A DNA stretch of 64,000 bases, from assembly GCA_964627295.1 (NCBI GenBank), contig CAZVJJ010000003.1, forward strand, positions 6,022 to 70,021. Direction: 5' to 3'. Within the stretch, counting starts at the first letter, position 1. Each line of letters opens with the position of its first letter. A model generated the notes under the pieces. It did no database searches. It saw nothing but the letters and a program-made list of their open reading frames with translations, and was not told the origin of the DNA. Origin of the DNA: an uncultured Oscillospiraceae bacterium (GTDB taxonomy: Bacteria > Bacillota > Clostridia > Oscillospirales > Oscillospiraceae). Made by a program: the position numbers and the translations under genes. Shown here piece after piece: positions 47,802 to 56,855 of this stretch.

Positions 47802-48839
47802 ATGACGAAACAGATCCATGTAGGTGGCGTTGCCATTGGCGGTGGCGCACCTGTGGTCATTCAGTCCATGCTCAACACCAAAACGACCGATGTCGAAGCT
47901 TGCCTTGCGCAGATCCGTAAGCTTAAAAATGCAGGCTGCCAGATCGCACGTCTCGCCGTGCCCAACATGGAAGCGGCGCGAACCTTCCGCGACATCTGCG
48001 CCGAAAGCGAGCTTCCGCTCGTTGCCGATATCCATTTTGACTACAAGCTCGCCATTGAAGCGGCTGAGGCGGGTGCATCCAAGATCCGCATCAACCCAGG
48101 CAACATTGGCGGTGAAGATCGCGTAAAAGCTGTCGTCGATGTCTGCAAGGAGAAGCATATCCCCATCCGCATCGGTGTCAACGGTGGAAGCCTCGACAAG
48201 CGACTTCTGGAAAAATACGGACATCCCACCGCGGAAGCGCTCGTCGAAAGTGCATTTGAGCACTTGGCGCTTCTTGAAAAGCATGGTTTTTACGATACCT
48301 GTGTATCTATGAAGTCCTCTACCGTGCCGACCATGGTCGCGGCGGCGCGACTGTTCCGCAGTCGCTGTGACTATCCCCTGCACATCGGTGTTACCGAAAC
48401 TGGCCCTGTCCGTCAGGGACTTATCAAATCTGCTATGGGCATCGGCTCGCTTCTGCTTGATGGCATCGGCGATACCATCCGCGTCAGCCTGACCGATGAC
48501 CCCGTTGAAGAGGTTTACGCCGCAAAGGACATTCTAAAAGCCGCAGGACTGCGCCAAGAGGGCGTGAATATCATCTCCTGCCCCACGTGTGGACGCACGC
48601 GGATCGATCTGATCGGGCTTGTCAATCGCGTGGACGAAGCGCTGAAAGATTGCAAGAAACCCATCACCGTTGCAGTCATGGGTTGCATCGTCAATGGTCC
48701 TGGCGAAGCGCGCGAAGCCGATATCGGCATTGCAGGTGGCGACGGCTGGGGCACGATCTTTGAAAAAGGCGTGCAGGTCGAAAAGCTCCCCTACGATGAA
48801 CTTCTCCCCGCGCTCCTGCGCCGCATTGACGCAATGTAA
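47802..48839 (+). CDS. ispG: HMBPP synthase
   Basis: VADIHFD, RINPGNIG, SCPTCGR, GC.VNGPGEA. Confidence 0.98.
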   Translation: MTKQIHVGGVAIGGGAPVVIQSMLNTKTTDVEACLAQIRKLKNAGCQIARLAVPNMEAARTFRDICAESELPLVADIHFDYKLAIEAAEAGASKIRINPGNIGGEDRVKAVVDVCKEKHIPIRIGVNGGSLDKRLLEKYGHPTAEALVESAFEHLALLEKHGFYDTCVSMKSSTVPTMVAAARLFRSRCDYPLHIGVTETGPVRQGLIKSAMGIGSLLLDGIGDTIRVSLTDDPVEEVYAAKDILKAAGLRQEGVNIISCPTCGRTRIDLIGLVNRVDEALKDCKKPITVAVMGCIVNGPGEAREADIGIAGGDGWGTIFEKGVQVEKLPYDELLPALLRRIDAM

Positions 48840-48872
48840 GCTTCTTCCCGCTTTACTTACAATGAGGTACAT

Positions 48873-51800
48873 ATGGATCAGCAAGTTTACCTAATGAATA
48901 TGTTCCCAGACTATCAGCCGCCTGATGCGCTATTGCCAGCGTTTTCTCAGGCGGCTATCGCCGCTGCGGACATCGATCCCGAAAGCCGTAGCGTCAATGT
49001 CGCGCTCCACTGCGAAAGCTATATCCCTCAGCGGCTTCTCGACAGCACAGCAAAAGAGATCGCCATGCTCTATGGGCTGAAAACGCTCACAATCTGCGCG
49101 ACCCATCCCGAATCGGAACTGCACAAAATCGAGCCACAGGAGCTAATGTCCCTTTTCGTGCGCCAGAATTCCATGACCCGCGGTTCGCTCGCGGGCGCAA
49201 ATTGGGTCTGGAATGGAACGGAACTTACCATCAAGCTCGTTGCAAACGGCAAGGATGCGATCGAGGAGCAGATCCCCCATGTGCAGACCGCTCTGCGCGA
49301 ACGATTTGCCGCACCTGTCACCATCACCGTCGAAGCAGGCAAGGCGCTTGAGGGGCAGGCGCTTTACGATGCTATGGAATCCATGCGTGCATCGCTCATC
49401 CAAGCCATCCCGCAAAATGCCACCTCCGAGCAAGCCGCGCCGAAAGCCCAACCGCAAAGCGAGACATTCTTCGGAAAGCCGTTCAAAGGAACGCCTGTGC
49501 CTATGAAAGATCTCACGCTCGATATGGGCTTCGTGATCGTCGAGGGCAAAGTCTTCAACATCGAGCACAAGGAACTGAAAAAGCGCAATGCATGGGTCAT
49601 CAGCTTCGACATGACAGATAATACCAATTCTGTGCGTATCAACCGCTTTCTTGAAGCAAATGAGGCAAAACCCATTCTCGAAAATGTGCAAGTTGGCTCT
49701 GTTCTGCGCGTCAATGGCAAGCTCGAACTCAACCGCTACGACAGCGAAATGGTCTTAAAACCGTTTTCCATGATGCCCGGTCACATGGAATCGCGCCGCG
49801 ATACCGCCGAGGGCGAAAAGCGTGTCGAACTGCATCTGCACACCATCATGTCGAACATGGATGCACTCACCAATACCGCCGCCGCGATCAAGCAAGCCGC
49901 CGCATGGGGACACCGCGCCATCGCCATCACCGACCATGGATGCTGCCAGTCCTTTACCGATGCTCTGCATTGCGTCGAGGGCAAAAAGCCGCCAAAGGTC
50001 GCGGGTACAGATGAACCCATCAAGATCCTCTACGGCTGTGAGGGCTACTATGTCAACGATGTCGATGACCGCATCGTTGTCCACGGCTCGCAGGAGATGG
50101 ATTTTAACGAAGAATATGTTGCATTCGATCTCGAAACAACTGGTCTATCATCAAGCAAAGATCGCATCATCGAGATCGGTGCGGTCGTTCTGAAAAACGG
50201 TGTCGAGATCGACCGCTTCCAGACATTCGTTGACCCCGAGCGCAAGCTCGATAAGGATATCATCGATCTGACGGGCATTACGGACGATATGCTCGTCGGC
50301 GCGCCGAAAATCGAAGAAGTTCTACCGAAATTCCTCGATTTTATCGGCGACCGTGTGCTTGTTGCGCACAATTCTGACTTCGACACAGGCTTTATCCGCG
50401 CCGAATGTGCGCGTCTTGGCTATGATTACCACTATACCGCCGCAGATACGCTCATTTTGTCGCAGAATCTACTGCCACAGCTTAATAAATTCAAACTCAA
50501 CATCGTATCCAATGCACTCAGCCTGCCCGATTTTAACCATCACCGTGCAGGTGACGATGCAATGACCTGCGGTCTGATTATGCATCACTTGATGAAAAAG
50601 CTTGAAGAAGAGCACAATATCCACACGCTTCAGGATATCAATCCCGCTATGATCTCCCTACGCTCCAAGGGGCGCATCGGTGATCGAAATGCGCGCCACA
50701 TCATTCTTTTTGCAAAGAATCAGGTCGGCTTGCGAAATCTCTATCACCTCATTTCGGATGCAAATCTCAAATATTTCAAGCGCGTTCCGCGCATCCCGAA
50801 ATCCGAACTCATGGCGCTCCGCGAGGGGCTCATCATCGGCTCTGCCTGCGAAGCGGGTGAACTGTTCCAAGCCATTCTGTCCAAAAAGAGTGACGACGAG
50901 CTAAAGCGCATTGCCTCGTTCTACGATTTTCTGGAGATCCAACCCCTTGCAAACAACCGCTTCATGCTGGCAAACGAAAAATATGAAGCCACCTGCGATG
51001 AAGATCTGCGCGAATACAACCGCAAGATCGTCTGGCTCGGCGAACAGCTTGGAAAAATGGTCGTTGCAACAGGCGACGTGCACTTCCTCGACCCCGAGGA
51101 TGAGATCTATCGCCACATCCTGCTTGCGACCAAGGGCTTTGCCGATGCGGATAAGGAAATGCCGCTGTATTTCCGCACCACGGACGATATGCTCCGCGAA
51201 TTTTCCTATCTGGGCGAAGAAAAAGCATATGAGATCGTTGTTACGAACCCCAACAAGATCGCAGATATGTGCGAAACGCTCCGCCCTGTGCCGCATAATC
51301 TGTTTGCGCCGAAAATCGAAAACTCTGTCGAGGATCTAAAAAGCCTTGTCTACGGAAAATTCCACCGTCTTTATGGCGATAACCCTCCCGAGGTTTTCAC
51401 AAAACGTGTCGAAACCGAACTTCACGATATCATCTCCTGTCACTACGACGTGATCTATATGTCCGCGCAGAAGTTGGTGCAAAATTCGCTTGAGCACGGC
51501 TATCTCGTCGGTTCTCGTGGTTCGGTCGGTTCGTCGATCGTCGCGTTCATGTCTGGCATCACGGAAGTCAACTCGTTCCAGCCGCATTATCGCTGTCCAA
51601 ATCCCGAATGCAAGTACACGGAGCTGAATGTTCCCGCAGGGTATAACTGTGGCGCGGATCTTCCCGATGCGGTTTGCCCGAAATGCGGTGCACAGATGGA
51701 AAAGGACGGCTTTAACATCCCGTTTGAAACGTTCCTCGGCTTCGGTGGCGATAAAGTGCCCGATATCGACCTGAACTTCTCGGGTGAATACCAGTCCCGC

Positions 51801-53186
51801 GCACACCAATATTGCATTTCCATGTTCGGCTCGTCCCACGTTTTCCGCGCGGGCACGATCGGTACTGTCGCAGAAAAAACGGCGTTTGGTTATGTAAAAA
51901 AATACCTTTCCGAACGCGAACGGACCGCTTCTAAAGCAGAAGAAGCGCGTCTTGCATCAGGCTGTGTCGGCGTGCGGCGAACGACGGGTCAGCACCCCGG
52001 CGGTCTGGTCGTCATTCCGCAGGAAAATGAGATTTGGGACTTCTGCCCCGTTCAGCACCCCGCAGACGACCCAAACGCCGATCAGATCACCACGCATTTT
52101 GAATATCACTCGATGGAAGAAAACCTCCTGAAGCTCGATATGCTCGGTCACGATGACCCGACCATGATCCGCATGATGGAGGATATGACAGGCGTGGATG
52201 CCAAAACCATCCCCCTCGATGACAAGGATACCATGTCCATCTTCACCTCGAGCAAAGTCCTCGGCTACGAGGATGATAAGATCCTCGGTCCAACAGGCGC
52301 TGTCGCGATCCCCGAATTCAACACACGATTCACACGCGGAATGCTCATGGACACCATGCCGACGCGATTTGATACGCTCGTGCGTCTTTCGGGCTTCTCC
52401 CACGGCACGGACGTGTGGCTCGGCAATGCAAAAGATCTCATCACATCGAAAACCGCGACCGTTGACTCGACCATCGGCTGCCGTGACGATATCATGATCT
52501 ACCTGATCTCGTGCGGAATGCCAGAAAAGCGCTCGTTCAAAATCATGGAAGCTGTCCGTAAAGGACGCGGTCTGCCCGATGGCGCGGAGGAGGAAATGAT
52601 CGCCGCAGGTGTGCCAGATTGGTACATCGGCTCGTGTAAGAAGATCAAATACCTCTTCCCGAAAGCGCACGCCGTTGCGTATGTTATGATGGCATTTCGC
52701 ATCGCATGGTTTAAGGTGCACCATCCCCTCCCCTTTTATGCGGCATACTTCTACCGCCGCAGCCAAAAGGGTGGATTTGATGCAAAACTCATGACGGGTG
52801 GAATGGAAGCCGTCATCGCAAACATCGATGCCATCGATTCCAACGAGGACGCGACCGCCAAAGACGAGGATCTGCTGACCACGCTTGAAGTCGTGTACGA
52901 ATTTTACTTGCGCGGGTTTGAGTTTGCGCCCATCAGCATTTACGAAAGCCATGCGACCAAGTTCCTCATCAAAGATGGAAAGATCCTGCCGCCCTTTGTC
53001 GCCATCTCTGGTCTGGGCGAAAGCGCCGCATGGGACATCATGAATGGACGCGACGGAAAAGAATTTCTCTCCATCGAAGAATTCTCCCTCGCTTGCCCCA
53101 AGGCATCCAAAACACATATCCAGATGTTAAAAGAAGCAGGTGCTTTTGGCGACCTGCCCGATACCAGTCAGGTCAGCTTCTTCTGA
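48873..53186 (+). CDS. polC: DNA polymerase III PolC
   Basis: OB fold, PHP (ELHLHT, AITDH), embedded exonuclease FDLETTG, VGSRGSVGSS, PDIDLNFS, YLFPKAHA. Confidence 0.98.
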   Translation: MDQQVYLMNMFPDYQPPDALLPAFSQAAIAAADIDPESRSVNVALHCESYIPQRLLDSTAKEIAMLYGLKTLTICATHPESELHKIEPQELMSLFVRQNSMTRGSLAGANWVWNGTELTIKLVANGKDAIEEQIPHVQTALRERFAAPVTITVEAGKALEGQALYDAMESMRASLIQAIPQNATSEQAAPKAQPQSETFFGKPFKGTPVPMKDLTLDMGFVIVEGKVFNIEHKELKKRNAWVISFDMTDNTNSVRINRFLEANEAKPILENVQVGSVLRVNGKLELNRYDSEMVLKPFSMMPGHMESRRDTAEGEKRVELHLHTIMSNMDALTNTAAAIKQAAAWGHRAIAITDHGCCQSFTDALHCVEGKKPPKVAGTDEPIKILYGCEGYYVNDVDDRIVVHGSQEMDFNEEYVAFDLETTGLSSSKDRIIEIGAVVLKNGVEIDRFQTFVDPERKLDKDIIDLTGITDDMLVGAPKIEEVLPKFLDFIGDRVLVAHNSDFDTGFIRAECARLGYDYHYTAADTLILSQNLLPQLNKFKLNIVSNALSLPDFNHHRAGDDAMTCGLIMHHLMKKLEEEHNIHTLQDINPAMISLRSKGRIGDRNARHIILFAKNQVGLRNLYHLISDANLKYFKRVPRIPKSELMALREGLIIGSACEAGELFQAILSKKSDDELKRIASFYDFLEIQPLANNRFMLANEKYEATCDEDLREYNRKIVWLGEQLGKMVVATGDVHFLDPEDEIYRHILLATKGFADADKEMPLYFRTTDDMLREFSYLGEEKAYEIVVTNPNKIADMCETLRPVPHNLFAPKIENSVEDLKSLVYGKFHRLYGDNPPEVFTKRVETELHDIISCHYDVIYMSAQKLVQNSLEHGYLVGSRGSVGSSIVAFMSGITEVNSFQPHYRCPNPECKYTELNVPAGYNCGADLPDAVCPKCGAQMEKDGFNIPFETFLGFGGDKVPDIDLNFSGEYQSRAHQYCISMFGSSHVFRAGTIGTVAEKTAFGYVKKYLSERERTASKAEEARLASGCVGVRRTTGQHPGGLVVIPQENEIWDFCPVQHPADDPNADQITTHFEYHSMEENLLKLDMLGHDDPTMIRMMEDMTGVDAKTIPLDDKDTMSIFTSSKVLGYEDDKILGPTGAVAIPEFNTRFTRGMLMDTMPTRFDTLVRLSGFSHGTDVWLGNAKDLITSKTATVDSTIGCRDDIMIYLISCGMPEKRSFKIMEAVRKGRGLPDGAEEEMIAAGVPDWYIGSCKKIKYLFPKAHAVAYVMMAFRIAWFKVHHPLPFYAAYFYRRSQKGGFDAKLMTGGMEAVIANIDAIDSNEDATAKDEDLLTTLEVVYEFYLRGFEFAPISIYESHATKFLIKDGKILPPFVAISGLGESAAWDIMNGRDGKEFLSIEEFSLACPKASKTHIQMLKEAGAFGDLPDTSQVSFF

Positions 53187-53322
53187 TTCCCAAATCCCGA
53201 CCGCCCGGACAAAAAGTTCGGGCGGTTTTTCGCAAATATGCTTTTTTCTGTTGCAAAATACTTTCATTTCGATTATAATAGCAGAATATAAGATCAAACA
53301 GCAACAAGAGAGGTTTTTTGAT

Positions 53323-55002
53323 ATGGCTGAAGTAACGGAAAGCAAAAATTTCATCCACAGCTTCATTGAAGAGGACATCGCCGCAGGCGGTCAGTACGAG
53401 GGTCAGACGGTGCATACCCGTTTCCCGCCCGAACCGAATGGCTATCTGCACATCGGTCACTGCAAGGCGCTGACCATCGACTTCGGCACAGCCGAAAAGT
53501 TTGGCGGTATCTGCAATCTGCGCATGGACGACACCAACCCCACCAAAGAGGATGTCGAATTCGTCGAAGCCATTCAGGAAGATATCCATTGGCTCGGCTT
53601 TGACTGGGACGACCGCTTCTTCTATGGTTCGGATTACTTTGAAAAGGACTATGAATTTGCTGTCGAGCTCATCAAGAAAGGACTTGCCTACGTTTGTGAG
53701 CTGACCCCCGAGCAGTTTAAGGAATACCGTGGCGATACCGAGACCCCCGCGATCTCCCCCTACCGCGACCGCCCCATCGAGGAGAGCCTTGACCTGTTTG
53801 CACGGATGCGTGCTGGCGAATTTGAGGACAATAAGTATACCCTGCGTGCAAAGATCGACCTTGCAAGCGGCAACTTCAATATGCGCGACCCCGTCATCTA
53901 CCGCATTCGCCATATGCACCATCACCGTCAGGGCGACAAGTGGTGCATCTACCCCATGTACGACTTTGCACATCCCATTCAGGACGCGCTCGAGGGCATT
54001 ACCCACTCGCTGTGCTCCCTTGAATTCGAGAATCACCGCCCGCTGTACAACTGGGTCGTTGAAAATGTCTCCGTACCGCACAAGCCCCGCCAGATCGAAT
54101 TTGCGCGCCTCGGCATCGACCACACCGTGCTTTCCAAGCGCAAGCTGAGAAATCTCGTGGAAACGGGCATCGTTTCTGGTTGGGATGATCCGCGTATGCC
54201 GACCCTTTGCGGTCTGCGTCGCCGTGGCTATACGCCGAAGTCCATTCGCAATTTCTGCGAGCGCGTCGGTGTCGCCAAGTCGCCGAACACCATCCCCTAC
54301 GCATTTCTTGAGTTCTGCCTGCGTGAAGACCTCAACGAAACTGCACAGCGCGTCATGGCTGTTCTGAAACCCATCAAGCTCACCATCACGAACTATCCCG
54401 AGGGCAAGAGCGAAACTGTTACCGTTGAGAATAACCCCAACCGTCCCGAGGACGGCACGCGTGAGGTCACATTCTCCCGTGATCTTTGGATCGAAGCAGA
54501 CGATTTCCTTGCCGAGCCGATTCCCAAGTATAAGCGTCTGTATCCCGCAGGTCCTGAGTGCCGCCTGAAAGGTGCATACCTCATCCAGTGCACAGGTTGC
54601 GTGACCGACGAAAACGGCAACGTGACCGAAGTCCTCGCTACCTACGACCCCGAATCCCGCGGTGGCGATCCTGCCGACGGTCGCAAGGTCAAGGGTGCAA
54701 CGATCCATTGGGTCGATGCCACGACTGCGATCGATGCCGAGGTCCGTCAGTACGACAACCTCTTCCTCGATCCCGATCCCGATGCCGCAGGAAAGGACTA
54801 CCTCGCCTGCATGAATCCGAATTCCCTCGAAGTCCTCACGGGCTGTAAGGTCGAAGCAAGCCTTGCAAATGCAAAAGCTCCCGCTTCCTACCAGTTCATG
54901 CGTCTGGGCTATTTCTGTCCCGATAGTAAGGACTGCACTCCCGATCACCTTGTGTTCAACCGCTCCGTCGGTTTGAAGGATTCTTTCAAGCCCGCAAAAT
55001 AA
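53323..55002 (+). CDS. glnS: Glutamine--tRNA ligase
   Basis: TRFPPEPNGYLHIGH, YPMYDFAH, LSKRKL, IHWV; TTGCAA-17-TATAAT promoter at 53251-53279. Confidence 0.96.
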   Translation: MAEVTESKNFIHSFIEEDIAAGGQYEGQTVHTRFPPEPNGYLHIGHCKALTIDFGTAEKFGGICNLRMDDTNPTKEDVEFVEAIQEDIHWLGFDWDDRFFYGSDYFEKDYEFAVELIKKGLAYVCELTPEQFKEYRGDTETPAISPYRDRPIEESLDLFARMRAGEFEDNKYTLRAKIDLASGNFNMRDPVIYRIRHMHHHRQGDKWCIYPMYDFAHPIQDALEGITHSLCSLEFENHRPLYNWVVENVSVPHKPRQIEFARLGIDHTVLSKRKLRNLVETGIVSGWDDPRMPTLCGLRRRGYTPKSIRNFCERVGVAKSPNTIPYAFLEFCLREDLNETAQRVMAVLKPIKLTITNYPEGKSETVTVENNPNRPEDGTREVTFSRDLWIEADDFLAEPIPKYKRLYPAGPECRLKGAYLIQCTGCVTDENGNVTEVLATYDPESRGGDPADGRKVKGATIHWVDATTAIDAEVRQYDNLFLDPDPDAAGKDYLACMNPNSLEVLTGCKVEASLANAKAPASYQFMRLGYFCPDSKDCTPDHLVFNRSVGLKDSFKPAK

Positions 55003-55011
55003 ATTATAAAA

Positions 55012-55049
55012 AAGAACGTAGCGTGTCTATGCAGATACGCTACGTTTCT
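55012..55049 (+). terminator. glnS terminator
   Basis: Stem AACGTAGCGTGTCT/AGATACGCTACGTT followed by a T-rich tract. Confidence 0.75.
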
Positions 55050-55089
55050 ATTTAATGTTAGAAATAGATTATATATTTCTGGATTTTTT

Positions 55090-55232
55090 AATGATACATC
55101 GCTTGTACGATATGATATACGACCCTCGTCGTATGATATCCGTTCCTTCATATGCTGAAGGCATATATCATCGCACGAAGGCGATATCATAGCGAAGCTA
55201 TATCACCCGTTCCGCAAGGAACGGATATCATT
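55090..55232. repeat. Structured hexamer-hairpin array (REP/MITE-like, unassigned)
   Basis: TGATA(C/T) at 55092/55113/55134, ATATCA at 55165/55184/55200/55225, a hairpin in each interval; perfect 16-bp IR 55133-55148/55216-55231. Confidence 0.7.
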
Positions 55233-55270
55233 GAAAAACGACAAGTTTCATCAGAAACTTGTCGTTTTTC
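55233..55270 (-). terminator. tRNA-Ser terminator hairpin
   Basis: Perfect 17-bp IR GAAAAACGACAAGTTTC/GAAACTTGTCGTTTTTC 1 nt after the CCA end. Confidence 0.8.
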
Positions 55271-55271
55271 A

Positions 55272-55360
55272 TGGCGGAGAGTTAGGGATTCGAACCCTAG
55301 GTTCCTTTCGGAATCACCAGTTTTCAAGACTGGCTCCTTAAACCGCTCGGACAACTCTCC
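55272..55360 (-). tRNA. tRNA-Ser (anticodon UGA), CCA encoded
   Basis: GGAGAGT acceptor stem, CCAGT-CTTGAAA-ACTGG anticodon arm, long variable arm, GGTTCGAATCC, ends GCCA; promoter TTGACT-17-TATCAT at 55373-55401. Confidence 0.97.
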
Positions 55361-55477
55361 ATTTGCCTACACATGATACCATTTTCCTTTCAAAAAGTCA
55401 AGCCACGATGCAAAAGAGGCAAAATTATTTCTCTTGCATTTTTTTGCAGGATATGCTAGAATACGATTGATATAAAA

Positions 55478-55730
55478 AAGCGACGACTGGGTCGCCTTAT
55501 GCTATAGTCACTTATTCAGCGAGAGCGGGACGGTGAGAGCCGCTTGGGTGCAGCATCGGGCTTTCCCCCACGAGCTACCGCCTGAACCAGCAGTAGGGTG
55601 TGTCGGGTAACGCCGTTATCCGTTGCGAGCGTAATTGCGCTTTTAAGTTGCGCCATTTTTGGCGAATGCGGGTGGTACCGCGGAAGGAATGCCTTTCGTC
55701 CCGATTTAGGGGATGATGGGCTGTTTTTTT
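55478..55730 (+). promoter_or_regulatory. T-box riboswitch (Phe) leader of pheST
   Basis: AGCGAG/GGTGAGA stem-I motifs, candidate TTC specifier near 55563, T-box AATGCGGGTGGTACCGCGG, downstream terminator with T run; promoter TTGCAT-17-TAGAAT at 55434-55462. Confidence 0.92.
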
Positions 55731-55799
55731 ACCCATTTTCCCACGGAAGCACGGGATCTTCACCGCGCTTCTTCACAGATATTGCTAGGAGGAAAGAAA

Positions 55800-56843
55800 A
55801 TGAAAGATCAGTTAGAGCAGATCAAGAAAAACGCGCTCACCGCGCTCGAATCTGCCGATGCACTCAATACGCTCGAAGAGCTCCGTGTGAAGCTGCTCGG
55901 CAAAAAGGGTGAGCTCACCGCTGTGCTCAAAATGATGGGCAAGCTCTCCCCCGAAGAGCGCCCCGTAATGGGTCAGCTTGCGAACAGCGTCCGCGCCGAG
56001 ATCGAGGCAAAGCTCGAGGAGCGCAAAAATGCGCTTCACAATGCCGCGCTTGAAGCGAAACTCGCCGCTGAAGCGATCGATGTTACCATTCCTGGCGAGA
56101 ATATCCCCCTCGGACATCAGCACCCGATGAACATGGTGCTTCAGGAGATCAAGGATATTTTCGTTGGCATGGGCTACACCGTCGTGGACGGTCCTGAGGT
56201 CGAGCTTGCAAGCTACAACTTCACGCGCCTGAACATTGAGGACGGACACCCCGCACGTGACCGCTCCGATACGTTCTATTTCACCGATGATGACAGCGTG
56301 CTCCTGCGCACCCAGACAAGCCCCATGCAGATCCGCTTCATGGAGGATCACAAGCCGCCGCTGTGCATGCTTGCCCCTGGTCGCGTTTTCCGCAAGGATG
56401 AAGCCGATGCCACCCACTCCCCCATGTTCCATCAGATCGAGGGTCTGGTCGTTGCTGAGGGTATTACGATGGGCAACCTCAAGGACGTGCTCATCACCAT
56501 CATGCGCAAGATCTATGGCCATGATGCGACTGTCCGCTTCCGTCCCCACCACTTCCCGTTCACCGAGCCGAGCTGTGAGATGGATATGCAATGCCATAAG
56601 TGCCACGGTACTGGCGAAGTTGATGGCAAGACCTGCTCCACCTGCCATGGCGAGGGCTGGATCGAGCTTCTCGGTGCAGGCATGGTGCACCCCAAAGTCC
56701 TCGAAAACTGCGGCATCGACCCCGACAAATACTCCGGCTTTGCATTCGGCATGGGTCTGGAGCGCATGGCAATGGGCCGCCTGAAGATCACCGACCTGCG
56801 CCTGATCTTCGATAACGACATTCGTTTCCTGAACCAGTTCTAA
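55800..56843 (+). CDS. pheS: Phenylalanine--tRNA ligase alpha subunit
   Basis: HPARD..DTFY, LLRTQTSPMQ, FHQIEG, FPFTEPS, FAFGMGLER. Confidence 0.98.
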   Translation: MKDQLEQIKKNALTALESADALNTLEELRVKLLGKKGELTAVLKMMGKLSPEERPVMGQLANSVRAEIEAKLEERKNALHNAALEAKLAAEAIDVTIPGENIPLGHQHPMNMVLQEIKDIFVGMGYTVVDGPEVELASYNFTRLNIEDGHPARDRSDTFYFTDDDSVLLRTQTSPMQIRFMEDHKPPLCMLAPGRVFRKDEADATHSPMFHQIEGLVVAEGITMGNLKDVLITIMRKIYGHDATVRFRPHHFPFTEPSCEMDMQCHKCHGTGEVDGKTCSTCHGEGWIELLGAGMVHPKVLENCGIDPDKYSGFAFGMGLERMAMGRLKITDLRLIFDNDIRFLNQF

Positions 56844-56855
56844 GGAGGATGGATC

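Noticed and set aside
48873-53186. Intein or intron in polC
   Set aside because: Length and motif order are those of an ordinary PolC; no splicing motifs seen.
55272-55360. tRNA with 'TGA' read as selenocysteine/suppressor tRNA, or as the att site of an integrated island
   Set aside because: Anticodon UGA decodes Ser UCA (Sec would be UCA). No integrase or duplicated tRNA 3' end is visible.
56588-56660. DnaJ-like CxxCxGxG..CxxCxGxG insert in PheS
   Set aside because: A four-Cys zinc motif at this position is common in Firmicutes PheS; only the spacer is slightly longer.
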